64,000 nt of DNA from contig CAWDTA010000002.1 of NCBI GenBank assembly GCA_963805085.1, positions 1,376,001-1,440,000 on the forward strand, in the 5' to 3' direction. Each line of letters starts with the position of its first letter. Position 1 is the first letter of the stretch. Origin of the DNA: an uncultured Veillonellaceae bacterium. GTDB taxonomy: Bacteria > Bacillota > Negativicutes > JARBTT01. The notes under the pieces are model-generated. The model worked only from the letters and a program-made list of their open reading frames with translations, made no database searches and was not told where the DNA came from. Of this stretch, positions 11,073 through 20,854 are shown piece by piece. A program made the translations under genes and the position numbers.

Positions 11073-11897
11073 ATGCAAACATTGTTAAATGTACTAATTT
11101 TAAGTGTAACAGAGATCATTTATCTAGTAGGAATATTAATAGCAGTAGGAATTTTATTAGGTTGGATACAATCTATTTCAAATAAATGGGCATATCAAGC
11201 ATTAGGTAAAACAGGTATCATGTTAACCGCATGCATCGGGACCCCAATACATGAAACAGGGCATGCCCTCATGTGTTTTATATTTGGACATAAAATTAAT
11301 TCCATAAAATTTTTTGATTTGAATTCCGATACTACGACTCTTGGCTATGTAAATCATAGTTTTAGCAAACATAATCTATACCAGGCAAGCGGAAATTTTT
11401 TCATAAGTCTAGGACCGATCTTTAGTGGAACGGCCGCGATACTATTTTTCATGTATATGTTAGAACCCACTACATTCAAGATGCTGCAAAGATACGTAAT
11501 ATCAGCGCCTATAGCTAGTAATCATATCGTGAATTTTATAGAATGGTCAAGACACTCTGTATTTATTGTGTATACAGGAGTATTCAGCAATGGTAGCATA
11601 GCTTCACCGAGTTTTTGGCTATTCTTATTTTTGTCAATATGTATTGCTTCACATATCGCCTTAAGTAAGGAGGATATTAAAAATGCTATATCAGGCTTGT
11701 GGGTTACTTTATTTGTGGCTGTGTTTTTCAATATAGTTGCATCGTTAGGGGAGCTTGAGACACTAAAATATGTGCTGATGCTTGCTAGGTATAATATATT
11801 TTTGATATCGGTGTTATCTGTGTCGGTCTCATTTTCCCTTATAACAGCTTTGATTATGGGATTGCTTTCTGGAATAAAAAGGTTAATGATGAGATAA
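11073..11897 (+). CDS. Membrane protein with HExxH motif (M50-like zinc peptidase)
   Basis: GTPIHETGHALMC, LGYVNH, SLGPIF; multiple TM segments. Confidence 0.7.
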   Translation: MQTLLNVLILSVTEIIYLVGILIAVGILLGWIQSISNKWAYQALGKTGIMLTACIGTPIHETGHALMCFIFGHKINSIKFFDLNSDTTTLGYVNHSFSKHNLYQASGNFFISLGPIFSGTAAILFFMYMLEPTTFKMLQRYVISAPIASNHIVNFIEWSRHSVFIVYTGVFSNGSIASPSFWLFLFLSICIASHIALSKEDIKNAISGLWVTLFVAVFFNIVASLGELETLKYVLMLARYNIFLISVLSVSVSFSLITALIMGLLSGIKRLMMR

Positions 11898-12084
11898 GTA
11901 CTAAGAAATCCTTATACTCGTGAATGAACTGAACCGGTTCTGACGGACAAAAGAATGACCGCTAACTTGTAGAAAAGTCCTAACGGTTGCTTCGCGTTAC
12001 AACGAGGATTTAATCTGCGGGCGTTCCACTGATCAACCATTGACAAAGCTTGATCAGAATAGTGTAAATGGAGTATAAATAATA

Positions 12085-12170
12085 AAAAGGAAACTCCTGC
12101 TGGATTTTGTATGAATTTGGTAGGAGTTCTGAGCTTTTATGAGAATAATTAGGTCTATAAGTTAAAAAAG
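12085..12170 (+). repeat. Co-oriented intergenic repeat, copy 3
   Basis: GAAACTCCTGCTGGATTTTGTATGAATTTGGTAGGAGTTCTGAGCTTTTATGAGAATA. Confidence 0.9.
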
Positions 12171-12247
12171 AATGGTCTTGATTGTGTGGACAAATTTATT
12201 TACTAAAAATGGTTTTAGATATTGTTTTGAAAGGATGTTATAAAATC

Positions 12248-14056
12248 GTGGGTACTTATAAAAAGTCGATGAAAAACCAAATTTGGTATTTATTTATTTT
12301 ACTGATGACAACGATGATTGCAGTTATTAGTTCTATCGCTTTTTATTATTGGAAAATATCCATTGATGATATGGTTATGAAAATTCAGGAGGAAGCACAT
12401 GCAAGCATTTTAACTGAAATAGAAAATTTTGTTCAGGTGCCTTTGTCCATGAATGAAGAAAACCAATATGTAATAAAGCATGGTTTGATTTCCATGGATG
12501 ATCCGGCGAGAAGAGAGCTGTTCTTTGCTGGAGTTATGCAGGCGGCAGCGGAAAATGTATATAGTTTTAGCTATGGATCGAAGGATGGGGACTATTATGG
12601 TGTGAGGCATAATGGGAAAAATGAACTGGAATTTATGAAAAGTAATGCTGAGACGAGTGGGCATTCTCAATATTATGAGATAAAAGATGATTTAACGATA
12701 GGAAGAGTACGTTTTTACCTAAATGAGTTTGATCCACGTAAACGGGATTGGTATAAAGTAGCTGAGAAAGAAAAAAAACCGGTATTTTCCTCGGTCTATA
12801 AGCATTTTATAGCCAATGACTTGGCTGTTTCAGCTTCCTATCCAATTTACGATGATCAAGGCCTACTGATGGGAGTATTGGGGACGCATGTGCTACTTTC
12901 AAAAATGAATCAGGAATTAAAGGATGCTGTGAAAGATAAACAAGCAACTGCTTATATTATAGAAAGAGCTTCAGGCGATCTTGTGGCAAATACGGAAGAT
13001 GAACCTAATTTCACGATTGATGCTAAAGAAAATATGCAGAGAATTCATATCGATCAAATAAAAAATAATGCTATTATTCATGCTTTAAAAAAATATATGG
13101 CGACATCGGAGCCCAAGTTCATGGACGGTATCGAAGAAAAAAATTCGTATGTAAAAGTATCAGAATTTAAAAAGGATGGTTTGGATTGGCTGATTATTAC
13201 AGCAATTTCAGAAGATCCGTATGTAGTTCAGATAAAGCAAAGTATCTTTATCTCAATCCTCTTATCGCTTGTGACAGTTCTAATAGCAATTCTTATATGG
13301 ACCCAAAAAATAGATCGCTATCTAGCACCAATTTATGAGTTGATTGCGGTTACAGAAAGCTTTTCTGCCGGAGATTTTTCTCAGCGGGCTAACATTTTAA
13401 AGCATGATGAAGTGGGAAAGTTAGGGCGAGCCTTCAATAAAATGGCGGAAGAAATCACAAGATTTATCAATGATTTGGAGTATAAAGTACAGGAACGAAC
13501 CAGCGAATTAGAAGAGCGCAATCGCCAGCTTGCTTTTGCCAAGGAACAATTGGAAATGTCTTCGCAGACAGATTTCTTAACTGGATTGTATAATCGGAAA
13601 TTTATTGTTGAAAAAATAGAACAGGAAATTGGACGATATAAACAATCAAAAGAGGAATTTACACTTATCATGATGGATATTGATTATTTTAAGAGGATTA
13701 ATGATCAATTTGGTCATGATTGTGGTGATGTAGTTTTAAAGGAAGTATCACAAATTATAAAAGATACGATTCGAGCAACTGATTGTATTGCTAGGTGGGG
13801 GGGCGAAGAATTTTTATTGTTTTTGCCAATGACACCAATCGATGGAGCTTTGCTCGTTGCCGAGAAAGTGCGCCGAAAAATTGAAGAACATCACTTTGAT
13901 TGTCGATCTGTGTGTATAAAAGCAACAATGACCTTAGGAATTGCGGTTTATCAGGAAGGACTAAGTCTTGATGAAGTAGTTAAACATGCGGATGTTGCTG
14001 TTTATAATGGCAAAAATAATGGCCGCAATCAGGTCTATCATTTTGAAAAGCCATAG
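12248..14056 (+). CDS. Cache-HAMP-GGDEF diguanylate cyclase
   Basis: DPRKRDWY Cache motif, HAMP DEVGKLGRAFN, RWGGEEF; start uncertain (12182-12269). Confidence 0.9.
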   Translation: MGTYKKSMKNQIWYLFILLMTTMIAVISSIAFYYWKISIDDMVMKIQEEAHASILTEIENFVQVPLSMNEENQYVIKHGLISMDDPARRELFFAGVMQAAAENVYSFSYGSKDGDYYGVRHNGKNELEFMKSNAETSGHSQYYEIKDDLTIGRVRFYLNEFDPRKRDWYKVAEKEKKPVFSSVYKHFIANDLAVSASYPIYDDQGLLMGVLGTHVLLSKMNQELKDAVKDKQATAYIIERASGDLVANTEDEPNFTIDAKENMQRIHIDQIKNNAIIHALKKYMATSEPKFMDGIEEKNSYVKVSEFKKDGLDWLIITAISEDPYVVQIKQSIFISILLSLVTVLIAILIWTQKIDRYLAPIYELIAVTESFSAGDFSQRANILKHDEVGKLGRAFNKMAEEITRFINDLEYKVQERTSELEERNRQLAFAKEQLEMSSQTDFLTGLYNRKFIVEKIEQEIGRYKQSKEEFTLIMMDIDYFKRINDQFGHDCGDVVLKEVSQIIKDTIRATDCIARWGGEEFLLFLPMTPIDGALLVAEKVRRKIEEHHFDCRSVCIKATMTLGIAVYQEGLSLDEVVKHADVAVYNGKNNGRNQVYHFEKP

Positions 14057-14080
14057 TAAATATTTATAGGAATATTGATA

Positions 14081-14148
14081 AATAAAATATAAATTGGAAA
14101 AGCGAAATGCCTGCTGAATTTGTATAAATTTAGCAGGCGTTTCGCTTT
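14081..14148 (+). repeat. Co-oriented intergenic repeat, copy 4 (head plus hairpin)
   Basis: AATAAAATATAAA..GAAATGCCTGCTGAATTTGTATAAATTTAGCAGGCGTTTC. Confidence 0.8.
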
Positions 14149-14247
14149 ATAAGTATATTTAAATTCAATATTAGTTTGCCATCTTCTTTTAGATGGATAG
14201 GAATTTTATTTGGCTCGGAATTGATGCGAAGATAGAAACATCATTGT

Positions 14248-15240
14248 CTAGTTTGTTTTCAAATGTTTATTGAAAAAGTCAATTATTACATCCATTACTT
14301 CTTGTTGAACCCAATAAACACCGCCATGCTGGGCCCCATTGACTACATAGCGAGTAGATTCAATTCCATGTTCGAGGAGAGCCTGATGCAATATTTCTGT
14401 TTGGCTTGGGGATACAAGGGTATCTTTATTGCCATGCATCAAAAGAAAAGGCGCACTACTTTTCGATATATATGTGATTGGATTGGCTTTGGCTGCTTTT
14501 TCAGGATCAACTAGAATTCCGCCATCTTTACCACCAAAGGTAGAGCTGCCGTTTACCCATAGAGCTTCTGTTGCACCAGAAGATTTATGATTGTTTTGGC
14601 TTTCTTGTGAGAAATCAGCTCCAACTTTTGTTAGATCGGATAATCCATAAATATCGACGGCTGCTCTTACATCACTATTTTGATCTAGATTGTCACCCTT
14701 ATCAAATTTATCATTCCCATTTGTAGTGCCTACCATGGCTGATAAATAACCACCAGCAGATTCTCCGATGACACCAATGTTATTTGGATCAAGGCTAAAT
14801 TCTGTTGCATGCGCTTTGAGGTAACGAATTGCAGATTTTACATCTTCTAATGGTTTGGGAAAGGTTGCCGTTGGCGCAACACGATACTCAATGCTTGCAA
14901 CAACATAGCCTGCTTCGGCAAGATCCATCCGTTGCTGGATGTAACTATCTTTGTTGGCATGAATAAATCCACCACCTGTTACAAAAACAATCGCTGGCAT
15001 TTTCTCTTTTTTCTCCGGCTTGAGCACATCCATTTTCATAGCTACATTATCATAGCCCATAGTAGGAACTTGTTCATAAACAACATTAGAGATTAACTTG
15101 ATTAACGGTTTTTTTACCTGTACATCAAGTATTTTGCTGTCTGCTGTGTGATTTGTTTCGGCAAAAACAGATGAGCTTGTCCCCAATGTCAGCAAAGTTC
15201 CTGATATTGTCAGCAATGTCATCATCTTCTTCAGATTCAT
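14248..15240 (-). CDS. Secreted alpha/beta hydrolase (esterase/lipase)
   Basis: Signal peptide; GGGF oxyanion motif, GESAG nucleophile elbow, HGNKD. Confidence 0.9.
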   Translation of the reverse strand: MNLKKMMTLLTISGTLLTLGTSSSVFAETNHTADSKILDVQVKKPLIKLISNVVYEQVPTMGYDNVAMKMDVLKPEKKEKMPAIVFVTGGGFIHANKDSYIQQRMDLAEAGYVVASIEYRVAPTATFPKPLEDVKSAIRYLKAHATEFSLDPNNIGVIGESAGGYLSAMVGTTNGNDKFDKGDNLDQNSDVRAAVDIYGLSDLTKVGADFSQESQNNHKSSGATEALWVNGSSTFGGKDGGILVDPEKAAKANPITYISKSSAPFLLMHGNKDTLVSPSQTEILHQALLEHGIESTRYVVNGAQHGGVYWVQQEVMDVIIDFFNKHLKTN

Positions 15241-15348
15241 CTAATCACTCGCTTTCCTTGTATTTAAGTTGAACGCACTATTTCAGCTTGATCTATCAGT
15301 ATTTTTTTAGACACTTGGCTAACAGTAACTTAATTATATGGTGTTGTT

Positions 15349-15843
15349 TCAATTTTTGCGTGTTGTATAACCTGCCGGTAAATCTTTTGATGCGCAATCG
15401 ATTACATCGTCTCTGTCACGTCCGCAATCTTCTAAGAAAGTAATCTCGGCAAATTCATCTACTACCATTTTCGGATAGGTAGGGCCTTGATCGCGATACT
15501 GATGCATAAGGTCTAAATGTTCATTTTGATAACAGATTGTTTTTTTCGGATCATTCCCCACCCAAGCTGGGAAGAAAATCGTACCGTGTATTTTGCGTGA
15601 ATCTAGATTAAATGCTAGGCTTACACAAGTTCCCGTTGGTTCATCCCAAGAAATTTTAAAGATATTCTCAGCAAGCTTTACGATATAAGCTTGTTGGCCT
15701 GTTACCCAGCGACCTCCGACAATTCCACTATGAATGCGATAATCAAAGACTTTTTCACTTTTGATATAGACCTCATATTGCCAGCCATTATCATAGGTAT
15801 AGATAAAATGTTTTCCTACTAATTCTTTTAATTCTTCGTTCAT
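15349..15843 (-). CDS. padC: Phenolic acid decarboxylase
   Basis: VGKHFIYTYDNGWQYEVY, DYRIHSGIVGGRWV, SWDEPTGT. Confidence 0.95.
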   Translation of the reverse strand: MNEELKELVGKHFIYTYDNGWQYEVYIKSEKVFDYRIHSGIVGGRWVTGQQAYIVKLAENIFKISWDEPTGTCVSLAFNLDSRKIHGTIFFPAWVGNDPKKTICYQNEHLDLMHQYRDQGPTYPKMVVDEFAEITFLEDCGRDRDDVIDCASKDLPAGYTTRKN

Positions 15844-15873
15844 AACAAATTCCTTCTTCTTTATTATATATTT

Positions 15874-15917
15874 GTATAAATTACAACATGTAATTTTATA
15901 CATGTTGTAATTTATAC
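15874..15917. promoter_or_regulatory. PadR operator in a 19-bp perfect inverted repeat
   Basis: GTATAAATTACAACATGTA-6-TACATGTTGTAATTTATAC containing ATGT-N8-ACAT, between divergent padC and padR. Confidence 0.8.
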
Positions 15918-15975
15918 GATTATTATATATAATAAAAAAATCAAAGTCAAGCAATCTGGCAAGGAGAGATTCAGA

Positions 15976-16518
15976 ATGAATACGTTAGGATATGCAATTT
16001 TAGGACTAATTGATAAAGAGAAACTTACTGGCTACGATCTTACTAAAATCTTCAGTGACAGTGTTGCTGATTTCTGGAGTGCCAAGCAAAGCCAAATATA
16101 TACGGAACTAAAAAAACTTGTAAAAGAGAATTTCATCGAATACGAAGTTGTTATTCAAGGCGAGATTCTCGAGAAAAAGGTTTACTCGCTTACTGAAAAA
16201 GGAGAAAAAGAACTTTTATCATGGATGACAAAGGATGATCCTCCTTTACCTCAGAGTAAAGATATTTTTAAACTTCGTCTTTATTTTTCAGAGAACATCT
16301 CAAAAGAAGAGCTTTTAAAAAAATTCGAAAATCGCCGTGAACAGACACTATCACTGATAACTCGTTATACTATGAAACTGCAGGAATATTCACCAACATC
16401 TATTCCAGATAAATATATTGGCGACTATCTTTTACTGAAAGGTGTCATTGCTGGTCTCCAAACCAATCTAGTATGGATAGAAAATTCGTTGGATTTTATA
16501 GAAAATTATAAAAATTAA
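15976..16518 (+). CDS. padR: PadR-family repressor
   Basis: LGYAILGL, TGYDL, FWSAKQSQIYTELKKL; divergent from padC. Confidence 0.9.
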   Translation: MNTLGYAILGLIDKEKLTGYDLTKIFSDSVADFWSAKQSQIYTELKKLVKENFIEYEVVIQGEILEKKVYSLTEKGEKELLSWMTKDDPPLPQSKDIFKLRLYFSENISKEELLKKFENRREQTLSLITRYTMKLQEYSPTSIPDKYIGDYLLLKGVIAGLQTNLVWIENSLDFIENYKN

Positions 16519-16706
16519 GGATCTCGAAAAAAATGGTATAATCAAGATAATTTCAGAGAAATCTTGAGTGTACCATTCTGGTTTGCATATAGCCATATTG
16601 ATTACTTCTGAGATACTGTCCATATTTTTACTCGGTGAATTTCATATTTAAAAAGCAAATATGATGAGATTACCATTTATTTGACTGCAATGGCAGTATC
16701 AATAAC

Positions 16707-16803
16707 AAAAATATAAGCAATAAAAGAAAACTCTAACTTAGTTTTGTATGAATTTGGCAAGCTTCTGAGCTTTAATGAGAATGTGGGATATTGATATCAA
16801 AAA
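16707..16803 (+). repeat. Co-oriented intergenic repeat, copy 5 (degenerate stem)
   Basis: TTTTGTATGAATTTGGCAAGCTTCTGAGCTTTAATGAGAAT..GATATCAAAAA. Confidence 0.8.
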
Positions 16804-17403
16804 TTACACATAAATAAATGCTTTTGTCCGAATATCTTGTAACTGACTATATAAATTTTTCCCTGGACAGAGCGTATCATAATTAAGATCTTTATGTCCA
16901 CGCACTGTTGATTTATTTGGTGTTAATCTATATGTATTACATAAATCAGCGATCAAACATGCGGCTGATTCGATTTGTTCAGGTTTGGGTGTAGCTATTT
17001 CGAAATTACCAACTAAATTAATACCGATTGACGTTTGGTTATGCCCATATGAATGTGCACCAATCGTATCGCGCGGGCGACCTCGTTCAATCGTTCCATC
17101 TTTACGGATAACGTAATGATAGCCTATTCCAGCCCAACCATTAGCAAGATGCCATTTATGTATTTCTTCAGAGGATACATCAACATCAGTATTTCCAACA
17201 TGATGTATAATAATAAGATTCGTTTTAAATCGATTTTTCAACGGTTGGACGAATTTTAAATTTGTTTCTTTGATTTCCAATTTGGAACTAAGTTCAGCGG
17301 CCGACAAACTTGCAAAAGCCTTAGAAACTTGGAATAAATCTTGTCCAAGATATAATGCGCTATAAGTATAGAAAGTTTTATATAAAAATGTTCTTCGATT
17401 CAT
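16804..17403 (-). CDS. N-acetylmuramoyl-L-alanine amidase (Amidase_2/PGRP-like) with Tat-like leader
   Basis: MNRRTFL; IIIHH, GWAGIGYHYVI, GAHSYGHN, GHKD..CPG. Confidence 0.9.
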   Translation of the reverse strand: MNRRTFLYKTFYTYSALYLGQDLFQVSKAFASLSAAELSSKLEIKETNLKFVQPLKNRFKTNLIIIHHVGNTDVDVSSEEIHKWHLANGWAGIGYHYVIRKDGTIERGRPRDTIGAHSYGHNQTSIGINLVGNFEIATPKPEQIESAACLIADLCNTYRLTPNKSTVRGHKDLNYDTLCPGKNLYSQLQDIRTKAFIYV

Positions 17404-17617
17404 CTAAAATTCCTCAATTTAATAAAATATGTTTAATTATCTTATCAAGCTTTCATTCATAGTAGTGTTACATAGACATGTTATTACATAATGCTATAAT
17501 TGTATAGTAGTAGATATTAAATGGATAAAATTTCAATCACAATCCTAAAGATTGAGAATGAGGGGGAAATGAATAGTTCTAAAAGATTATAAAGTAATAT
17601 TGTGAAATTTATATAAC

Positions 17618-17654
17618 AAAAAAGGTGCCTATCTCAACGTCGAGATAAGCACCT
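17618..17654 (+). repeat. Secondary hairpin repeat, copy A (copy B at 35715-35755)
   Basis: AAAAAAGGTGCCTATCT-8 nt-AGATAAGCACCT. Confidence 0.7.
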
Positions 17655-17814
17655 GGATTTCTCAGTTTAAATGATTTGTCTTAGCAGGGAAAATTCTTGT
17701 TTACAATTTATTGAGCGTTTTATCCGTAATTTTAGTAATCATTTTTTTATCCGTTTTCTTTTTAATAGTCAAATAAGAACCCGGTAAAGTGCGATTTAAT
17801 CACAAGGCTGACTC

Positions 17815-18255
17815 CTATTTATCTTTAGCTGCTAATATTCTTTCTAGTGCTTCTTGAAACCGTATATCATCGTTAGCTGTTCGTTTTTGTGGCCCTTTAG
17901 TTCGTCCACCGCTACGGCGTAGTTTTGCTTTTATTTCTCGTTCTTCTAGCAAGAAGTCCATTTTATTTGCATCATATTGTATCCCCAAAGGGCTTAAACA
18001 ATCAGCCTTCTTACTTAAAACCATAGCTGCGAGACCCCAGTCTTGTGTAATTACGACATCATGTACTTTGGTCATATTTATTACCTTCAGGTCAGCTTCT
18101 TGTGAATTGTTGTCTACGGTTATATGATATTTATTTTCAATATTATGGTTGAAACTTGCTACAGTATAAACCTCTACTTTATGTTTATTACCTAATAACT
18201 TACATATTTCTAAAACATGTTTAGGGCATGCATCCGCATCAATGATTATTTTCAT
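17815..18255 (-). CDS. YaiI/YqxD family protein
   Basis: [36 protein letters not shown]. Confidence 0.9.
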   Translation of the reverse strand: MKIIIDADACPKHVLEICKLLGNKHKVEVYTVASFNHNIENKYHITVDNNSQEADLKVINMTKVHDVVITQDWGLAAMVLSKKADCLSPLGIQYDANKMDFLLEEREIKAKLRRSGGRTKGPQKRTANDDIRFQEALERILAAKDK

Positions 18256-18399
18256 GATTACCTCTACTTTATTTACTAACATAATTATATACATTAATTC
18301 TACACTAAAATAAGTATTACCTTTAGTGATTGGCACCCAATCCTAACTAACTTAAAAAAATAAATACCGCTAGTAAGGCAATAAAGCATTCAGTAATCT

Positions 18400-18726
18400 T
18401 TATTCATAACGGGGAGGATAAGCCCCAAATTGACGCGAATAGAGCAGTGTCAATAATTGATGATTCTGACGGGTAAGGGATTGGATTTCATTTATCGCAA
18501 GTGCATGTTGTTTCATGATTTCGCGCATTTCTTCAACCTCAAGTCTAGTCATTTGGCAGAGTTCATTTGTGTAGATAGAATTAACGTACGGATACCAATA
18601 CATCCGGTATTCCCTCCCTATATCATTATATTCCCAATCTTCATATGAGGCAGGAAGTCGATTGGTTGTAGCTGGTGGCTTTTGGGGAGCTGAGTCAGTG
18701 GAAGTAAAAATTTCTTCATGCCACAT
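18400..18726 (-). CDS. Hypothetical protein
   Basis: 108-aa ORF with RBS AGAGGTG; no recognisable domain. Confidence 0.55.
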   Translation of the reverse strand: MWHEEIFTSTDSAPQKPPATTNRLPASYEDWEYNDIGREYRMYWYPYVNSIYTNELCQMTRLEVEEMREIMKQHALAINEIQSLTRQNHQLLTLLYSRQFGAYPPRYE

Positions 18727-18831
18727 TTATACAGAACACCTCTATTTTTTCTATAATATGTGTAATGGTTAGAATTTGTGAAAGATGAGCCTTGAAATGC
18801 AATGAGATACTTACTATATCTAGAAAATGAT

Positions 18832-18902
18832 ATAAGTTTATTTGTTTGTAGTATGGGAACATATTTTAGCCTGTTAGCAGCCGCTCAAGCAGTGTTTGTT
18901 TC
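18832..18902 (+). pseudogene. Fragment of alpha/beta hydrolase paralogous to 61726-62163
   Basis: ISLFVCSMGTYFSLLA vs ISLFACSMGAYFCLLA; DNA aligns with 62005-62086 except an 11-bp deletion. Confidence 0.8.
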
Positions 18903-19123
18903 GCAAATGACGTTGACGAATGTATGGGCTATAAGGAAAGATTGGTTGTATCAGATAAAAAAATATTGAAATATTTAATCAAAATTGGCATAACAAATAT
19001 AAGTCAATTACAGCAACTGAACAAAGAGCGAAGGGACGATGTTTTACGAAATATTAATGAGATAGAAGGCATTTCGATAAGGTAATTGGCGGAATATCAA
19101 GAAGTGTATTTGATGGAATATAG
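18903..19123 (+). pseudogene. C-terminal remnant of REP-associated tyrosine transposase (RAYT)
   Basis: ISQLQQLNKERRDDVLRNINEIEGISIR*LA / GISRSVFDGI* resembles Firmicute RAYT C-terminal HTH; followed by GGGACAGG..CCTGTCC palindrome. Confidence 0.65.
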
Positions 19124-19142
19124 TGGGACAGGAAACCTGTCC

Positions 19143-20802
19143 GAAACCACTGAAAAATGACCATTTTTTAAGTCACTAGAATATTCTTATATTTTATAAT
19201 TGTCTGATGGACATTATTTTCCGAAATTTGGAGTAAATATTCGAAGAAAAAGGATACTAGCGCTGCTATCCTTTTCAAGTTCACTGCCAAAGCTGTAAGC
19301 TTGGCTTGCAGACTCATACTTTTTAGACCATACCCTCGGGCACGGTCTAATCCATGAAAGCGTTTCATTTCGCCATTTTTCCATTCATGGCTGGCACGTT
19401 TTTTATATTTCTCCTTAAACTCGGGTGTCTTTGTTCGTTGATTATGTTCATAATAGTCAGCTGTATTAATTCCAACATCTAAACGTTTTACAGATGCTTT
19501 TTTGCCAGCACATTCTACTCTATTGGGACAATCTTTACACATAACCTTATCAAATTTATACTTTAGAATTTCTTGTCCCCAGCTACTCTTGCCATGTTTT
19601 TTTGCTATCGTATGATTTCCCATTATACAAAACCACTGGTCGCTATCCTTGTTATAACTGAATTTACTCTCGTCAATTTTGTATACTGACGCACTTACGG
19701 GGATAATTGGCTCCACATTGTCTGCCTTTAAAATATCAAGTATCGGTTTACGAAAATATGCTTTGTCACCATAGGCTTCTTTTATATTAATTCCACATTC
19801 TTTACTTCGATTATATAATTCGCCAAACTTATTTCCATCTACATAAGCACCATCACACGTTTCTATAGCCATAATAATACGTTCTTCTGGTATCATTGTA
19901 AATTCAACTTTATAACCATAAAAACTATCCGTTTTTGATTTATACCCTACACGAGCGTCTTTATCAACAAGTGAGCGTAAGCCTTTTTGTATGATAAACT
20001 TTTCATCGCTTAGTATCTCTTTTGCTTGGACTATCGCTTTTGAAGTTTTTGGCATGGTCGAGATATCAACGTTATTTTCGACTTCTGTCATCATGCTTTC
20101 CAAAAGTTTTCATCATTTCCTTAGCTTCTTTATGATCCACTATTCCCTTATAATCGGGGATAGTGGTATTTATCTCAGGCGATATTTCTCCTGATTCTTC
20201 TTTTATATTTTTAAATATTTTCTTGGCCAAATGTTTCATAATCCGTTCTGGGACTAGCTTCATTGTATTGGCTTTTGCATGAGTGGCGTCAATTGTTAAT
20301 CCTGTCCCTTTAATAAGGCCATTTTCGATACATTGGTGTACGACTTCCGTAATAATATTATCAACACTAGTATCTTTGAGTCGCTGTGTTCTGAATTTTG
20401 CAAGTAAGCTTGCATCAGGTAAATCTTCATCTGGGTTGATACCAATAAACCACATATATGCAAGATTCAAAGAGGCTTCTTCTATGACTTTTACATCTGA
20501 TAAATTATACAAATATTGCAATATGAGAAGTTTCGCCATCATTTCAGGTTCCTTTGCTGGACGACCAAAATGCTTGCTGTAGGAGCCTTCAAGTAATTTA
20601 TTTATAAAACTGAAATCTACTACTTTATCTATGCTTTTAAGTAAGTGATCATCGGGTATTTTATCATATAAAATTGAATATAAACTTAATTGTTTCGATG
20701 TAGATTTAAGCATACTAAACCCCACTTTCTCAATATATACAATATGTTTATTATACCAAAAATGGGGTATATTTGATATAGTTTGACTTTTTCAGTGGTT
20801 TC
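19143..20802 (-). mobile_element. IS1182-family insertion sequence
   Basis: 15-bp perfect TIR GAAACCACTGAAAAA / TTTTTCAGTGGTTTC; 9-bp TSD AACCTGTCC at 19134-19142 and 20803-20811. Confidence 0.9.
19168..20713 (-). pseudogene. IS1182-family DDE transposase split by a frameshift near 20100
   Basis: ORF1 has IPDDHLL, GRPAKEP, TIDATH; ORF2 has DKDARVG, YGDKAY, KRASHEWKNGEMK. Confidence 0.85.
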
Positions 20803-20854
20803 AACCTGTCCCCGTGTCCCATATACTAACGGATTAATTAGAGGAGGATATATT

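Noticed and set aside
16804-17403. Prophage lysis module
   Set aside because: No holin, structural, integrase or replication genes nearby.
20072-20110. Programmed frameshift in the IS transposase
   Set aside because: The join needs a +1 shift, there is no clear slippery heptamer, and IS1182 transposases are normally single ORFs; mutation or sequencing error is more likely.
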